Positions 1-14,300 of a stretch of DNA of 50,787 bases are shown here, piece after piece. The position numbers and the translations under genes were made by a program. The DNA lies in contig JAPEUI010000054.1 of the NCBI GenBank assembly GCA_026025075.1, positions 62,001-112,787 of the forward strand, given 5' to 3'. The stretch comes from Vezdaea acicularis (lineage: Eukaryota). How positions within the stretch are numbered: the first letter of the stretch is position 1; the number at the start of each line of letters is the position of its first letter. A model generated the notes under the pieces. That model was not told where the DNA came from. It was given only the letters and a program-made list of their open reading frames with translations, and did not search any database.

Positions 1-1217
1 ATCACCTAGGCTATTTCACGCCTCTTAATAGCAAGGAACCGGTGCTGCTAACCTCCGGGGACTGGGAGGTCGTCGACGCTCCATCCGTCATCGACCTTAA
101 GAATAATCTCGTGTACTTCCATGCCACGAAGCAGTCTTCCATCCAAAGACACGTGTACAGCGTCAAGATAGATGGAACGGGTCTGAAACAAATCACGGAC
201 TCCGGTAAAGATGGATATTATGATGCCTCCTTCTCAAAGGGGGCTGGCTATGCTCTCCTTTCATATCAAGGCCCGTCCATTCCTTGGCAAGAAGTCATCA
301 ATACTCCGTCAAATCCAACGGCCTATAGTCACACCATCGAAGAGAATCCCTCTCTCAAAGCCATGGCCGCTAGCCACGAGCTCCCCATCAATATCTACAG
401 CACCGTCACTATCGACGGCTATGAGCTCAACGTCGTCGAGCGCCGCCCACCGCACTTCAGCGAGAAGAAAACATACCCGGTCCTCTTCCACTTATACGGT
501 GGCCCTGCAAGCCAGACAGTTAACAAGAGATGGAATGTCGATTTTCAGGCATTCGTGGCAGCTAATCTTGGCTACATCGTCGTCACCGTGGACGGCCGTG
601 GCACTGGCTTTATTGGCCGTGAAGCACGTTGCATCATCCGCGGCAACCTCGGCTATTACGAGGCTATAGACCAAATAGAGACTGCCAAAATCTGGGCTGC
701 AAAGCCATATGTTGATCCAGAACGGATAGCGATTTGGGGATGGAGTTATGGTGGTTTCATGACGCTAAAAACACTAGAAACTGATGCAGGGAATACCTTC
801 AAATATGGCATGGCTGTTGCCCCTGTAACAGACTGGCGCTTTTATGACAGCATATATACTGAAAGATATATGCATACACCACAACATAACCCCTCCGGGT
901 ACAGGAACTCAACCATTTCGTCGACGGATGGTCTACGCGCTAATGTGCGCTTCTTGATCATGCACGGCGCGTCGGATGACAACGTTCATCTACAGAATAC
1001 ACTCACTCTACTGGACAAGCTGGATTTAGCAGCGGTTGAGAACTATGACGTTCATTTCTTCCCAGATAGCGATCATAGCATTTTTTTTCATAACGCGAAC
1101 CGGATGGTGTATGACAGGCTAAAAGACTGGCTGGTCAACGCATTCAATGGCGAATGGTTGAGGATAGAGGAACCAGTGCCTAACGTCAGAGCGAGGGGTC
1201 TTCCTTTAGGCGCTTAG
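1..1217 (+). CDS. DAP2: Dipeptidyl aminopeptidase B (S9B family), 3' part; gene starts before the window
   Basis: GWSYGG nucleophile motif, HGASDDNVH (Asp) and DSDHSI (His) triad, [17 protein letters not shown]. Confidence 0.93.
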   Translation, partial: HLGYFTPLNSKEPVLLTSGDWEVVDAPSVIDLKNNLVYFHATKQSSIQRHVYSVKIDGTGLKQITDSGKDGYYDASFSKGAGYALLSYQGPSIPWQEVINTPSNPTAYSHTIEENPSLKAMAASHELPINIYSTVTIDGYELNVVERRPPHFSEKKTYPVLFHLYGGPASQTVNKRWNVDFQAFVAANLGYIVVTVDGRGTGFIGREARCIIRGNLGYYEAIDQIETAKIWAAKPYVDPERIAIWGWSYGGFMTLKTLETDAGNTFKYGMAVAPVTDWRFYDSIYTERYMHTPQHNPSGYRNSTISSTDGLRANVRFLIMHGASDDNVHLQNTLTLLDKLDLAAVENYDVHFFPDSDHSIFFHNANRMVYDRLKDWLVNAFNGEWLRIEEPVPNVRARGLPLGA

Positions 1218-1300
1218 TGTTTTGACGAACATTTGTACTATAGATATTCGATTCTAGAGAGATATCCAAATAGGTCTGCCGAATGTAGGTGTGACTTCTG

Positions 1301-2671
1301 TTATCTATAACCTCTGACCTCTAGAATTACCCGGCTGACCCCTTGATCTGCCTCCCACACTGTTTTGACGGCTCCGCCACCGTCCTCGACCAGCCGCACG
1401 AATACATCGACACCACCCCCAACACCAAAGTACAACCTCTTCGCTGCAACGTACGCTCGGGAACCTTCCGTCAGATTGTCCTGCCGAAGTATACCTAGTA
1501 AAGTTGACGTAAATGTTGGTAGGGTTTCAAGGGAGTAGATAGTCTCGCTAGCAAGCACTATCCTCTTGACTTTTCTCTTGGTCATGAGACCTACGAACTC
1601 CTTGCCCCACTGCCCGGAGATGAAGTCTATGTTAAAGTCGAGGCACACCATATCCTTGTAGAAGGCCTCGAGGTCGTCGGGCTGCAGCTCGAGGTCTGAC
1701 GGGGGAGATGAAGAGGCATAAGCTTTAGACCTGGAGAGGTACTTCTTTGTAAGGAACCAGGTGGCGAAGAGCGCCGGGGCAGTCCCGTGGCGTAACACAG
1801 AGGCGTTGTAGTCTGAGAGCGTGAAGTGTGGTTTTAGTGAGGCCAAAGAGGGAGAGTCTTTCCGGTTCATCAGGAAGTGGTAGAACACGGTCAAGGAGGG
1901 GATTGCGAGACCTGCTCCTAGCTAAAAACATAAGCCCTATAACCGAAAAGGTCGGGTTTCTTATTTAGAGTCACCTCTACTACATGCAACTCATCACCCT
2001 CCCCCGCGGATACAATGCTATTAATATTCTTAAGGAGGTACTCCGCGAGGTCCTTAGCCCCCTCCCAGATCTGCCAGCCACCTTCATAGAAACCAGGCAC
2101 GAGATCAGTACCACGAAGAATAGGAGATGGTGGCGCATTTTCCGAAGCCATAAGATCCATTTGCCAGTTGAAAGTAGCCCGCCTGGGGACGTGTACAGAC
2201 TCCTCGGATTGTAGCCCTAGAGTCGTGTACGACATATCAATTTGGCATGGTGCGAAATCCTCAAGCTAATAAGGCTCGTTAGTTCACTGAGCTATATCAG
2301 CAGCTGATGACGAGAGATTGCATACGAGTCAGATTGTATGAAATGAAACAAATCGACCGACCAATGGATCTTAGCTCCAAGCAGAAAGACTGAAGGCTTA
2401 GGAACAGATCTCAAGAGAGATATTTGAAGTAATTAAAAGGAACTCATGAACTTTCGAATTTACAAAAGTTTGAAACATGACTATAAACTTTGGATCAAAG
2501 AGCCGTCGGACCTACGAATTCCTGTATGTTCCAAAGCCTAGCACGTTCATCATCTACCCTTTCCTCATCTCGAAGAATGGGTGTATTCGGTAGATCACTC
2601 TGTTGATTACCATGAAACTGTTCATTATTGCCGATGTCATCATCGGCAAATCCAAAGCTGAAAGTGTTCAT
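1301..2671 (-). CDS. HPM1: Histidine protein methyltransferase 1 (HPM1/METTL18-like), spliced
   Basis: Start MNTFSFGFADDDI at 2671. Intron ~2515-2266. YEGGWQIWEGAKDL motif. A second intron joins HVVE to LGAGLAIPS (SAM motif I). LASETIYS and VAAKRLYFGVGGG motifs follow. Confidence 0.8.
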
Positions 2672-3133
2672 CACAGGACATCCACCGGTAGGTGAAGCTC
2701 TAAGGGTTCAAGCCGCTTCAGAGTGAACAGGAAGGGGGTCAGCGTTTAAGCACATTTCTAAGTCAACCCAGCGACAAAGTCCGCATGACTCGCTTAACTG
2801 GTGCACAAAGGGGAATTGAAGCCCTTAGGATTTGAATCACGATATTTCAAATGTCAAGTGAGTTCTTGGAGTTTTTATTTAATGCAAAGTATATCCACCA
2901 TATCCATCTCACAGCTAAGCCTTTGGCTTGTCTACAGATGAGAAAGACTTGTTTCGGGAGAAGAGTTTTCATGGAGTTCGCAATAATATATGGTCCATTT
3001 ACTGTCACACTAAAGCTCTAGACTAGGAACTGAAGAGTAGTCAAAGGAATCTGCCCTATGCTACACATCTATATCGCCTTATCAGCACAATTATCAACCC
3101 TGTTGAGAAGCATCACGCACTTCCAAGTACCCT

Positions 3134-5285
3134 TCACGAGAAACTTTTTGTGAAAGATTCTACGACGTCCTTTAGTTTGCCCTCTAGCTCCTTGCTCAAA
3201 GCGCCTTCCTTATCAATGGTAGCAAGAAGATCAGATTCGTTAGTCCTTAGGTGGGACAAGAAGTCTGCTTCCCATTGGAGGACTTTCGCTACAGGTACAC
3301 TGTCAAGATGACCATTGACACCGGCAAAGATAAGCGGAACCATCTCATTGACAGCCATAGGGGAGTATTGTTTTTGTTTGAGAAGTTCGGTCAACTATTG
3401 TATTGCATTAGTATATTTGATGAATGAGGAGACAAAGGTGACCTACCCGTTCGCCACGATTCAGAGTTTGCTTAGTTGCAGCGTCCAAATCTGAACCGAA
3501 TTGAGCGAAGGCAGCAACTTCACGGTATTGGGCCAAGAAGAGCTTCAAGCTTCCAGCAACTTGTTTCATGGCTTTGAGTTGTGCAGCAGAGCCAACACGA
3601 GACACAGAAAGACCGACGTTGATGGCTGGACGAACACCCTTATAGAAGAGCTCGGACTCCAAGAAGATTTGACCGTCAGTGATTGAAATGACATTTGTAG
3701 GAATGTATGCTGATACATCGCCGCCCTGGGTCTCGATAATAGGCAGAGCCGTAAGGGAGCCACCTCCATGCTTGTCATTCAGTTTGGCAGCGCGCTCTAG
3801 CAGACGCGAATGAAGATAGAAGACGCTGCCCTGTTATTAGCTTAGATCCTTTCATAGTATAAATATAAAACTTACTCTCCAGGATAAGCTTCACGCCCAG
3901 GGGGTCTACGAAGAAGCAGAGACATTTGACGATACGCAACAGCCTGCTTAGTCAAGTCATCAAAGACAATGACAGCGTGCTTGCCGTTGTCTCTGAACCA
4001 TTCTCCCATGGCGCAGCCAGTGGAGGGAGCAATATATTGTAATGGAGCAGCTTCCGATGCTGTTGCCGCAACAATGATAGTATACTTCATTGCGTCATTC
4101 TCCTCTAGAGTTTTGACCAATTGGGCCACTGTAGAACGCTTTTGACCGATCGCAACGTATACGCAGTACAAAGCCTTTTTTTCGTCTCCAGATTCATTCC
4201 AACGCTTTTGATTCAAAATAGCATCAAGAGCTACGGCAGTCTTTCCGGTCTGACGATCGCCAATGATCAACTCTCGTTGACCGCGACCAATGGGTACCAT
4301 AGCATCGACGGCTTTGAGACCTGTTTGTACCGGCTGGTTGACAGATCGTCGAGGCAAGATTCCAGGCGCTTTAAGCTGAGCTCGACTCTTCTCTGTGGTT
4401 TTGATAGGTCCCTTGCCGTCTATAGGATTACCCAATGCGTCGACAACACGGCCAAGCATCGCAGGACCAACAGGCACATCAACCTGTGTTGCCCCAGTGA
4501 GTGTCCAGAATATCATATGATAGAGGCTAATACTTACGATTTCGCCAGTGCGTTTGACTACCTCGCCCTCCTTGACAAGTCGATCAGAGCCGAAGAGCAC
4601 CACACCAACTTGACCGGCCTCGAGATTCATGCACATTCCCTTGACACCAGATGCAAACCTTTCAGGTGGTCAGTAGCCATTGCCAAACATAAAGGTGGAG
4701 AGTAAAACATACTCGACAAGCTCTTCGGCCTGGACGTTGGCCATGCCATGCACACGAGCGATACCATCACTATCAGGCCATGATTGTTAGCTCAATCGTC
4801 ACTGCACGAAAATTACCTGCTGCGAAGCCCTCGGCCACATATTTTTCTTAATCACATACCCGACTGAGAGTACACGTCCTGTCTCTGCAAGCCCGGCTTC
4901 CTCCTGAACGCCTCGAATGCGTTGTTCAAGGATGGATGAAACCTCTGTTGGGGCAGCTTTAGCTTCGGCATAGTTCCTTGTTTGTATTGACGAGGAGTTG
5001 ATCGCTGCTGGTGCTACAACTCGAGAGTTCTGCGAAATGAGGAGAAAACGTCAGCTTTCGGCGATTCGGAGATCGGAAGCCGACAACAGCTAGGCAATAC
5101 ACGCCAAAAGTTCCAATGGGATACAAGTAAATGTAATGAGTTTGATTGAGCTTCCGTATCCCCCAATAAATTTCACCTGTGAACGCATTCGCAGAAGAGG
5201 GACGAAAGCTTACCGCAGCGGCCCTGCTTGTAGCAGTGATCGCGCCGACTGTGCGGGTCGACTGTCGAAGTGCGTTCCTAAACAT
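3134..5285 (-). CDS. ATP1: Mitochondrial F1 ATP synthase alpha subunit, multi-exon
   Basis: Presequence [12 protein letters not shown]-loop [47 protein letters not shown]. Confidence 0.98.
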
Positions 5286-5751
5286 CACGATCGCGGTCCA
5301 GAGGTGAGTTAAGGAGAGTGTGGGCCAATTGCCAAGCAATTGATCAAAAGTGAGAGTTGATGAAGAGGGTGGTTGAAGTCTTTGGACGACTCTCGAGAGT
5401 TCTGCTGATGAAGAGACGTCGAAGATCCGGGATTTGAAGCTACAGGGAGCGCTAACTAGAGCACGTGATGCCAAGACCCGAGCTCACTGCGAATTCGGCG
5501 CGGTCCACCGAAAGAACCGATGAATTGCGATTGACAATTTGCCCAATCCTCGTCCAATGATGCTCCTAATCTCTCACTGTATGTCTACCCTACCAAAGGC
5601 GGGGCTTCATCTAAGTCCTCGAGATACCGCTCCAACATAACATAAGCTTCCAAGTTAAGGAAAAGTAGCTTTAACGATATATTCATCACATATCAACTAG
5701 TCCTACGCGGCAAGCTACAAGTTTGACTCTAACCTCAATTTGGCAATCAAG

Positions 5752-6858
5752 TCAGCTATTTTCTGGAGACAAGTCTGTATCTCGCAGGATCCTCAGTACT
5801 CCCTCATACGTCCACATCGTGATTGCACTCGCTGGAGCTGCCTTGAATAGGCTTACTGTCAATCCTCTATAGAGCCCTTTTACTCCATCTGTCCTTGAGA
5901 TAACTTTTAGGGTTTTATATACACCCTTGTAGACTGGAATGTTTTGATGGACATATTTGTCGCGTGTCGGACCCTGCACTTGAAGCCTCTTACGGACTAG
6001 GTCAAGCGGGAAAACGCCCGTTTTAGCAAGAACACTTGCCATTATACCAGCAGTAGCATCTGAAGAACCGAACGGGAGATTCAGCGTGGAGAAGGGGGGC
6101 TTCAGCGTTTCGTACGTTGCAAAGAAGAGTCCCATATAAGGCACAATTTGTATGACCCCAGCTCCAAGTCCCTGGAAAAAGCCTTGTGGTCCCTCGTGGC
6201 GAGCGATATCTCGGAGAGAGGAGAGCAGGCTAGCATACACTTTCTTGGTGCCTTGGGCAGCGAAGCGCGTTCGAAGAAGGTCCAACGGATATGTCGTAGT
6301 AGTCGCAACGCCACCAGCGAAAGCACCGGATATGAATGACTGTGCTACATCGGGAATGTCATATGGTGTCGACTGTAGTACTGCTGATGTCGAGCGATAG
6401 ACGCTGAATTGAATTCCTCCATAAAGAACGTACAATAATTCGGCGGGAATATTGCCCTTCCATAAACCCTATCTTGATGAGCTATGAAAGGACAGCACTC
6501 TGAGAAGCTCTCTTACTGGTATACCTTCCTCCCTTAAGATAGTTTTCAACGTTCGTAAGGTGCCTTTATAAAGCGGCCTTACAATAAGCCTGTGACTAGT
6601 GGGATCTCTAAGAGAGTGCACCTGAAGTTGCAAGCGGATTTTGACAACATCTAACGGCGCAATACAAAAGCTAGATAATCGTTCAGCTGACCATGAAACC
6701 TCTCATCGCTCGCATGCATAATACCGTGAGAATAGACCGGCAATGCCTCCAGCAAGAACCACTTGCTTTCTTGTGCCCTACGTCATAATCAGCAGCGTAG
6801 GATAAGGGGAAGTAGGCGTGGGTACCTCATCTTTGAGGTGTTCTCCTCCACTCGACAT
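5752..6858 (-). CDS. TPC1: Mitochondrial thiamine pyrophosphate carrier, spliced
   Basis: Start [11 protein letters not shown]. Three carrier signatures: [49 protein letters not shown] motif. Confidence 0.9.
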
Positions 6859-7372
6859 GCATCTGACTATCTTGAAACTCCTTACTTGAGATCAATTAAG
6901 GTATTTGCAATATTCCACCATTCGATGCAATCTCTTGAAGCTCGAAAGGACAAAAATCTAGGAGAGTTCGCTTGCAGTTGCTGAAGAAAGCGAGGAAAGG
7001 ATTACTGGTTATGACGCGGAAGTTTCTAGCGAGCCTCGGCGACAGGGGATTCATACCGTAGCACGCATCAGGGTAGCATTCCACACTGTTAAATTTGGAA
7101 CTAGAATGTCTCGGAATACTTTGCGATTCACCAATTAGAGCACAAAAGATGAAAGGGGGGCAGTCGGTAGTCAAATCCGATGCCAGGCTTCATGCTCCCC
7201 TTGTATGGGTTTGCTGAAGATAATGTAGCGTGTAATACAATAAGTGCCCCAACCTAACTCGAGTTCGAAAATCAACCCCTTTTGACCCCCTCTGAGGGGT
7301 GCTGCAATGATGAAATACATGCACGCTGTACTGAGATAATATGCATTCAAAGCCCACGGGCAGTAAGCATCT

Positions 7373-8154
7373 CTAGGTATTATGCAATAAGAAGTTACGA
7401 AGGCTGTCCCAGTGATCAGCATTCACATATCTATGTCTTTGTTAGAACCTGGATCAAATTGGAGGAATGGTACTCTCATACATATATTTCATACTACTCC
7501 TTAAGCTTGGCTGCAGCATGTCCGGATACCATCTGAAGATGTACATCACGAAAGCCCAGCTGAGACTGGCAAAGACTGGCCAGGCGTTTCGTGTCGTCGA
7601 CCCGTTCGGATCCGGAACAACGTGCTTCTGGGTAGACATCTTTGCCAAGGCCAGTACCACCCTTGCAAACACATATATCGAGATCTGTTGGTTCACAGAG
7701 CTCTGTATCCCGCGACCAAAGACACCATACCCACCAATAAGGCCTGCAAAAAATGTGTCATACTTTCGTTCTTTACCGTGATTGAGCCTCCGCAGGACGA
7801 GGCAGGTAAGCTTATAGATAGTTGCGAACTTAGCGAGGTTACGGGCGTGTGTCCGAGTTGCTCTGAATATCAATTTAAATTTCTCTCGAATGGTGCCAGA
7901 CCGGAAGAGAAATACCATGCTACCGGCAGCAATGAGCATCACTGGATGCCCAGAAGGTTCAGAGTACATGACTTACACAAGGGCGTGCGGAAATCGAACT
8001 TTGGCGCCATAGACGGCGCCGTTGCGGGCCGCTTTGACAACAGCTAGAATGTCGGCATAGGCAGGATCAAGTATCAACCTATTGATGACATCCTGAAGTG
8101 GTTTGTGAGCTCTAGGTCTCAAAGTGAGGGTAGACTTACCCTCGTGGCTTCCAT
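7373..8154 (-). CDS. PXMP4: Peroxisomal membrane protein 4 (PXMP4/PMP24, Tim17 superfamily), spliced
   Basis: KAARNGAVYGAKVRFPHALV, ATRTHARNLAKFA, QPSLRSSMKY, final exon YVNADHWDSLRNFLLHNT*. Confidence 0.88.
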
Positions 8155-8667
8155 CTGGAAATAATTAGACCTCGGTAACTTGAGGCTTGGAATTCCGTGC
8201 GTAAAAGGGCTTGTATACGCTATCGCTTGGGCCAAAGCATTGAGGTAGGTCCCCCTTGGAGATCTGAAGCAATGGAAGGGAGGTTCAAGGATAGAAAGCA
8301 CCTACTAAAAAACATAGCATTCCTCATGTTAATTTATCGGTGCTACCCCACGTTCTTCGGACTTTCCTGAGTTTAGCGGGCTTCACTCCAGATCTCGCTT
8401 CGCTTAACCCTGGTTCTTGCATGTGAAGGGAGCGTGACGTGATCACCGTATTCGAAGTAGAAAATTTTGTATGAAGTCAAAGATTCTAGATTGAAAGATT
8501 CGAGTACTGCCCCACGATATACAGAGTTATGGTTTGTATGTCTTCGTCTGTTGAGTTAGGAGTTCGGTTTTTTGGGTCATCGAAATGTACGCCAAACCCA
8601 GAATCGCTAAATTTCTATCGACTTGCACAAATATCGCACATCAGCTTGAAAAGTCATAGACACAACA

Positions 8668-9769
8668 ATGTTGCGTCAAATGTACGTTTAATAATCCCAG
8701 GAAAAAATCATTAATCAAAGCTGATGCATTGCGATCTAGCAAACCGCGCAATGCTCGTTCCAAGAGAGCGTTGGAGAAAAAGGAACCTAAACCGGTCGAA
8801 AACCCCAAAACAACCTTATTTATGCGTGGTAGTAAGGCGTCAGCACTTGTCCAGTCAGCAATGTCGGACCTCTACTCGCTCAAGAAACCCACTTCTATTA
8901 AATTCACAAAGAATAACCCAATTCACCCATTCGAAGATGCTTCCTCTCTTGAATTCTTCTCGAATAAGAACGACGCGAGTCTGATTGTGATAGGATCGAA
9001 TAGCAAGAAACGTCCGCATTGCCTCACACTAGTTCGAACATTTGAATATAGGATATTGGACATGTTAGAGTTGTATCTAGACAAGGACTCCTTCCGAAGC
9101 CTTGCACAATTCAAGAATCGAAAATGCGCATATGGGCTAAAGCCGCTACTACTCTTTACTGGTACATCATTCGACTCGCCAACACCAAACGTTTACACTC
9201 TAGCAAAGAATATGCTTACGGATCTCTTCAGGGGCCAAGAATCGAGCGAGGTGGATGTAGAGGGTCTCCAACACATCGTTTGTATAAATGCAGGGGAAGA
9301 AGGAGAACAAGGCCCGAGAATTAACTTGAGAGTCTACCTAATACATACCAAAAAAAGCGGTCGGAAATTGCCTCGTGTTGAAGTCGAGGAAATGGGACCT
9401 AGGATGGACTTTAGAATTGGTAGGACGAAGGAGGCAGAAGATTCGGCTATGAAGGAAGCTCTAGCAAAATCGAGGCATCTAGAGGTGAGCTGCGTAAGAA
9501 TTATCTGCGAATTATTGCGAAAGCTAATCTTTAATTTGTAGTCCAAAGGAAAGAAAAACGTGCAGACGGATGTTGTGGGGGACAAAATAGGTCGGATTCA
9601 TCTCGGTCGGCAGGATCTTGGGACTCTCCAGACAAGGAAGATGAAGGGCCTCAAGCGGGAACGAGGAGTTGAGGCCGAAGAAGACGATCACGATGAGATC
9701 GAATTCATCGACGACGAAGACGAAGACGAACCGGTCGAGAACGCACCCAAGAAATCCAGAATTGATTGA
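8668..9769 (+). CDS. RPF2: Ribosome biogenesis protein Rpf2 (Brix domain), spliced
   Basis: Short first exon MLRQ then KPRNARSKRAL, IHPFED, KKRPH, KKSGRKLPRVEVEEMGPRMDF, GRIHLGRQDL. Confidence 0.95.
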
Positions 9770-9902
9770 GCAATTTGCGATAATTCGTTTAGGCAACAAT
9801 CATGGAGCTGACTTGAGGCTGTCTTCTGAATAGTCTATAGCATTATCTGGCGGGTGCATAAAAGTCATGGAGCTAATTTTGGTCTTGGTTATTTAAAGTC
9901 CA

Positions 9903-11077
9903 TTAATCAGGGGAGGGTAGCCTCTATTGCGCTCAGCTCTTCTGCTTGAGCCCTCGAACCACCCTGAACGAACGTTCGATTGTGGATTAGCCTCTGGAGC
10001 ACAATTAGTTCCGCCCCCTATCCTTTCGATAGTGCCTACTTACTAAAAGATTCCTTAGCAATACAACTATGGTTACCTTGCCGATGGCTGGCACGTATAT
10101 TGATGCTTTCTGCTTCACTCCTGGCAAAAAGTTCTTCTCGCTTGAGAAGTTGATGCAAACCGCGCCTTCTCTCAAGAACTCTGTGGGAACCTTAAATCTC
10201 TCACCGGGCACACCGCTTATAACGACATCGGAGAGTGGGAGGCACTGAGCTAAATTCCAATTTGGTTTTTCAATTACCTCATGCCTATTGTTTCTGAGCC
10301 CCTCACCGCGAGTGAATTGTTGGACACCTGATATGTCGACACTATATACACACGCGCCATCGTTCGCAAGAAGGGCAGCAAGCGGCCGCCCCACAACTTC
10401 CGATCGATTTATAACCGTTATTGAATGGCCAAAGAGTCGGTTCCCGTAAGGGAGAATTGTGTTGTAGATTTGAAGATACTCAAGGATCTTTATCACCGCA
10501 AGAGGGGTGCATGGCTAAGCATGAAAGTTACTAGAGCTCGAAGGTAGCTGTTGGATGAGCTCACCAATATGCATTTCTGCATCTTTTCCGCGTCCAGGAA
10601 CCTAATATTTTGATACATGTTGAATATGTATTTGTGACTTAGACCCTCAACATCCTTTCCTACATCAGTCACCTGTTGAAGATATTGGTCCTGCCTATTG
10701 CCGAAGATAGGATAATACACGATGATACCATCAACTGCATTGTCCTGGTTTGCCGCTAACAGCTTCCTTTCCAAGTCCTCGCGGTCGACTTCCCGCAAGT
10801 CGAACCGGAAGCCACTGCGTTGAGAATATGGGCATTAGCACTTTGCCCCAGAAGAAAACGAACAAAATACAGACCGAAAGGCTTACTTTTCTTCACAAGT
10901 TCTCGCTGTCCAGTCAGCATACATCCGCGCTGCTGGATCCGAGTTTGCCAGGAATCCTACAAGTAGTGGTGGCTTTTCAAGCTTTGACAAGCCGTCCGAG
11001 ACTTCCAACAGAAGATTTTTGGCAATTGAGCCAGCGAGTATGACCTTGCATGACGCGACTGTACTGTTAGAAGACAT
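9903..11077 (-). CDS. MTD1: NAD-dependent methylenetetrahydrofolate dehydrogenase, spliced
   Basis: LVGFLAN, DGIIVYYP, KDVEGL, INRSEVVGRPLAALLANDGA, IGKVTIVVLLRNL. Confidence 0.93.
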
Positions 11078-11337
11078 TGACGATAAAGTTGCCTATTGAT
11101 AACAAAAGAAAAGTCTGCGCAAAGAGCGTCCAGAATCGGAACTTCAGATATATATCCATCATGCTACTTACGCTTGTCAAAGAAGCCACAAACTTTATAC
11201 TTTGGTGGGGCAGGGGGAGCGAAGATAATCCGGCGGGACCCGGATAAACAACCCCAATGGAGAAATTATGGTAAAGATCTCAAGACATCCCACATTGTGC
11301 GTCGTCAATGTCCAGACGCAATAGCTGAGCTTGCGCT

Positions 11338-14300
11338 ATGTCCGACGCGCAAGAATACTTGCTAGCAATCGACAAGAATCAGCAAGAAGCCGCTCACATT
11401 GCCAAGGAAGTAGCCAATCGAATTGAGAGGAAAGAGACCAAACTAGTCGAGGTCGTCCAATCCGTCGGTGAATACTTAACGGACGACGATGCCACGATAC
11501 GCGCGAAGGCAGTGGCCTACCTTGGAGCCGTATTGGGATCACTAGATGCGAAAGCTTTGACTCGACAACATGGTATTCCCACGAGAGTCCTGAGCTTCCT
11601 TTCTTGTACTGATACAACTAGTCGCCGTTACACGCCAGTTCTTCTGCGATCGAATCGATGATGCGACGGGCCTCAAGGAATCAGCACAAGGTCTGGTTGC
11701 TCTTCAAAGATCAAGTCATTTTTCAGCAGAAGATGCCGCACAAGTTGCTATTGCACTCTTTGCTGGCGCCCAAGATCTCCAGCAACATCCTCAAGGGACT
11801 AGGTTCATCGTTCTGACGCTTTTAAGCAATTTAATGTCAGATTACCGCGAGGCTCTCAAAAAGATCGGCCATAGCTTCATCGTCGGCATCACAGACCTTG
11901 TCAGTGGAGAGAAGGATCCGAGGAACCTCATGGTCATATTCTCAATGCTCAAGGTTGTCATGGTAGAATGGGATATATCTACCTACATCGAACCTATGTT
12001 TGAGTCGGTATTTTGCTATTTTCCAATCACATTTCGGCCGCCTCCAGGGGACCCTTATGGGATCACCGCACAAGATTTGAAGGATCGCTTGCGTGAGTGC
12101 ATTGCTTCATCAACATACTTCGCTCCTCATGCATTCCCGGCCTTGATCGATAAGCTCGACTCCACGTCTGTAAACGTCAAGGTTTGTTGCCACCCCTTAT
12201 ATCTTTAGAGTTCCTGACAAGTCGTAGAAAGACGTCCTCCAGGCAATCACTGCTTGCGCTCTAAACTATGAGCCCGCAACAATTGCGAGCTATTCGATTA
12301 CTCTTTGGGACTCCATGAAGTTTGAGACCCTAAATGCGCAGGAGGAAGACCTTTCTAGAGAGGCTCTTACTGCGATACAAGCCATAGCGGTGAAACTATC
12401 TGAGACTGTGACAGACGAGGGACGCGAATTACCGTTGTCAAACTATCTTCGGCCGATAACCAACGAATGTGAAGAGTTCTTGCGAGAGCCGCAGGCGAAG
12501 CAGGCGAAGCAGGCGGGCCAAGTCATTCGATCGATTTCCTCGGCATCGCCGTCTGCCTTCAACTATACCATCAAAGCTTGTCTAGACCCATTACTCACAA
12601 TGTACCAAGATCAAGACACTATCATAAAGCGGAGAGCGCTTCTGGAGGTAGTGAACGAAATACTACGGTCAGGCTTAACAGTATATGGTATCTCAGGGTC
12701 AAAAGCACCTGAGGGACTACCTGAAAGTTCCCTGAAATACTTTCAAGACCGACTCTTCGAAGTTTACAGCCAAGCGCTCATGGGCACGCCAAAGGAAGAG
12801 GTTTCTTTCCGTACGGTAGCCCTCGCCGGACTGATATGCATGTCAAAAATACACCATTTCTTGGTCGATAACGAAATTGGTATGGTTGTGCAGTATTTGG
12901 ACGAAATCGTGCTCCTCGAAGATTCATTGGGGAGAGATGAGATTAAAGGTCATGCTATTGATGGCCTTTTGGAACTATCCTCTGTCAAATCCGACATCAT
13001 TATGAACATAACGTTTCCAGCATTCATGGCCAGACTTCCTGACTCAGACGAAGGCGAGGAGACTTACCTACCAACTTTGGAAGGGCTTGCAAAGCTAAGT
13101 GAAGGTAATGAAGTTTTTGAGGTTCTTCTCAGAAGACTTCTTGGTAAACTTGAGACGGTGATTAAAGCGAATACATCATCGGCGTACCCTGTCGCAATCC
13201 TTTCCGCCATTTTGTATGCCCTTGAACAACGAGATCTTGAGAAAGATCCAAATCTAGAGATGTACTTTGACCGCATAGTAGTCGGATTAGGAAAGAGAGT
13301 AGAAGAAGCCGAGGAATCCTCTGTCATAGTCGTCGATTCTGTGCTAGAGATAATTGGGAGTCTTACAAACGTCATTATCCGAACTTTCAGCGAGCCGCGA
13401 CAGCAAGAGATGTTCTCCCAAATTAGAGTCTTCATTCCAGATTTCAGGGCGTTCGAGCCACCAAGCCGTCCAAGACACAGTACAGCTATACTCTTCACAT
13501 ATATTCTAGCAGGGACGCGTCCCTCGATCAGCCTCCCTTATGATAGAAATGCTCTCTTCCGGAACATCCTATTTAATGCTTGTAATCCAAATATTGTATC
13601 GATCCAGACACCTTACCTTCAACAGGTCACCCTGCTTGTGAACAAGTGGTTCTCGCCCCAGGAAAGCCACATCATCGAGGCTTATAAGATCGAGCAACTT
13701 GGTCGTCTCAATGCTAGCCCGTCGGATCTAGGCTTGCAAATTCGACCACTATTCCACATCGCGGCCGCACTTCTTTTAAGAACTGATAAGCAAGCATTCT
13801 CTCTTATTACAGATCTGTTTGACCTACTCAAAACGAATGGGCCTGAGATTGCTCCTTATTTCGAGATTCTCCTCTCACCAGGCCCTCTACTCACTAAACA
13901 GAACTTTTGTATAGTTCGGCTCCTCCACAAACAGCGCCTTTTGACCCATATTCTCCCTCTTCTGTCTTCAGCTATCCAAGAACTTTCTGCTACCAGCCCT
14001 GACCTACCAGCTTTGAGAACTAGCTACCTTGTGGCGCTTGCAGGAATATTAAAGGGTGTACCTAGCTCGGTAATACTTCCACATGCAGAAATACTAATGC
14101 CACTGTTGCAACAGAGCATTGATGTCCCAGTCCCTAATGTCAAAGAAGCTTCTGTTGTCACATTGGCAGTAATTATCTCGGAGAATTCAGCTACAGGCGA
14201 GGGCCATCTGAGTAGCCTCATTACCCGGCTTTTAAATATTTTGATAATACAGGATGCAAACAATGCGCCACGAATACGATACAGTGCTCTAAGATGCCTG

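Noticed and set aside
5118..5162. GGGATAC/GTATCCC stem in ATP1 intron 1 as a snoRNA
   Set aside because: Only 7 bp, and no clear C/D or H/ACA boxes.
5752..7100. TPP riboswitch near the thiamine-related genes (TPC1; also checked upstream of the lyase)
   Set aside because: No CTGAGA followed by the ATACC...GAACTTGAT...GATAAT...CGAAAGG-like core was found by eye.
12491..12516. 9-bp repeat encoding QAKQAKQA in MET18
   Set aside because: In-frame coding micro-repeat with no evident consequence.
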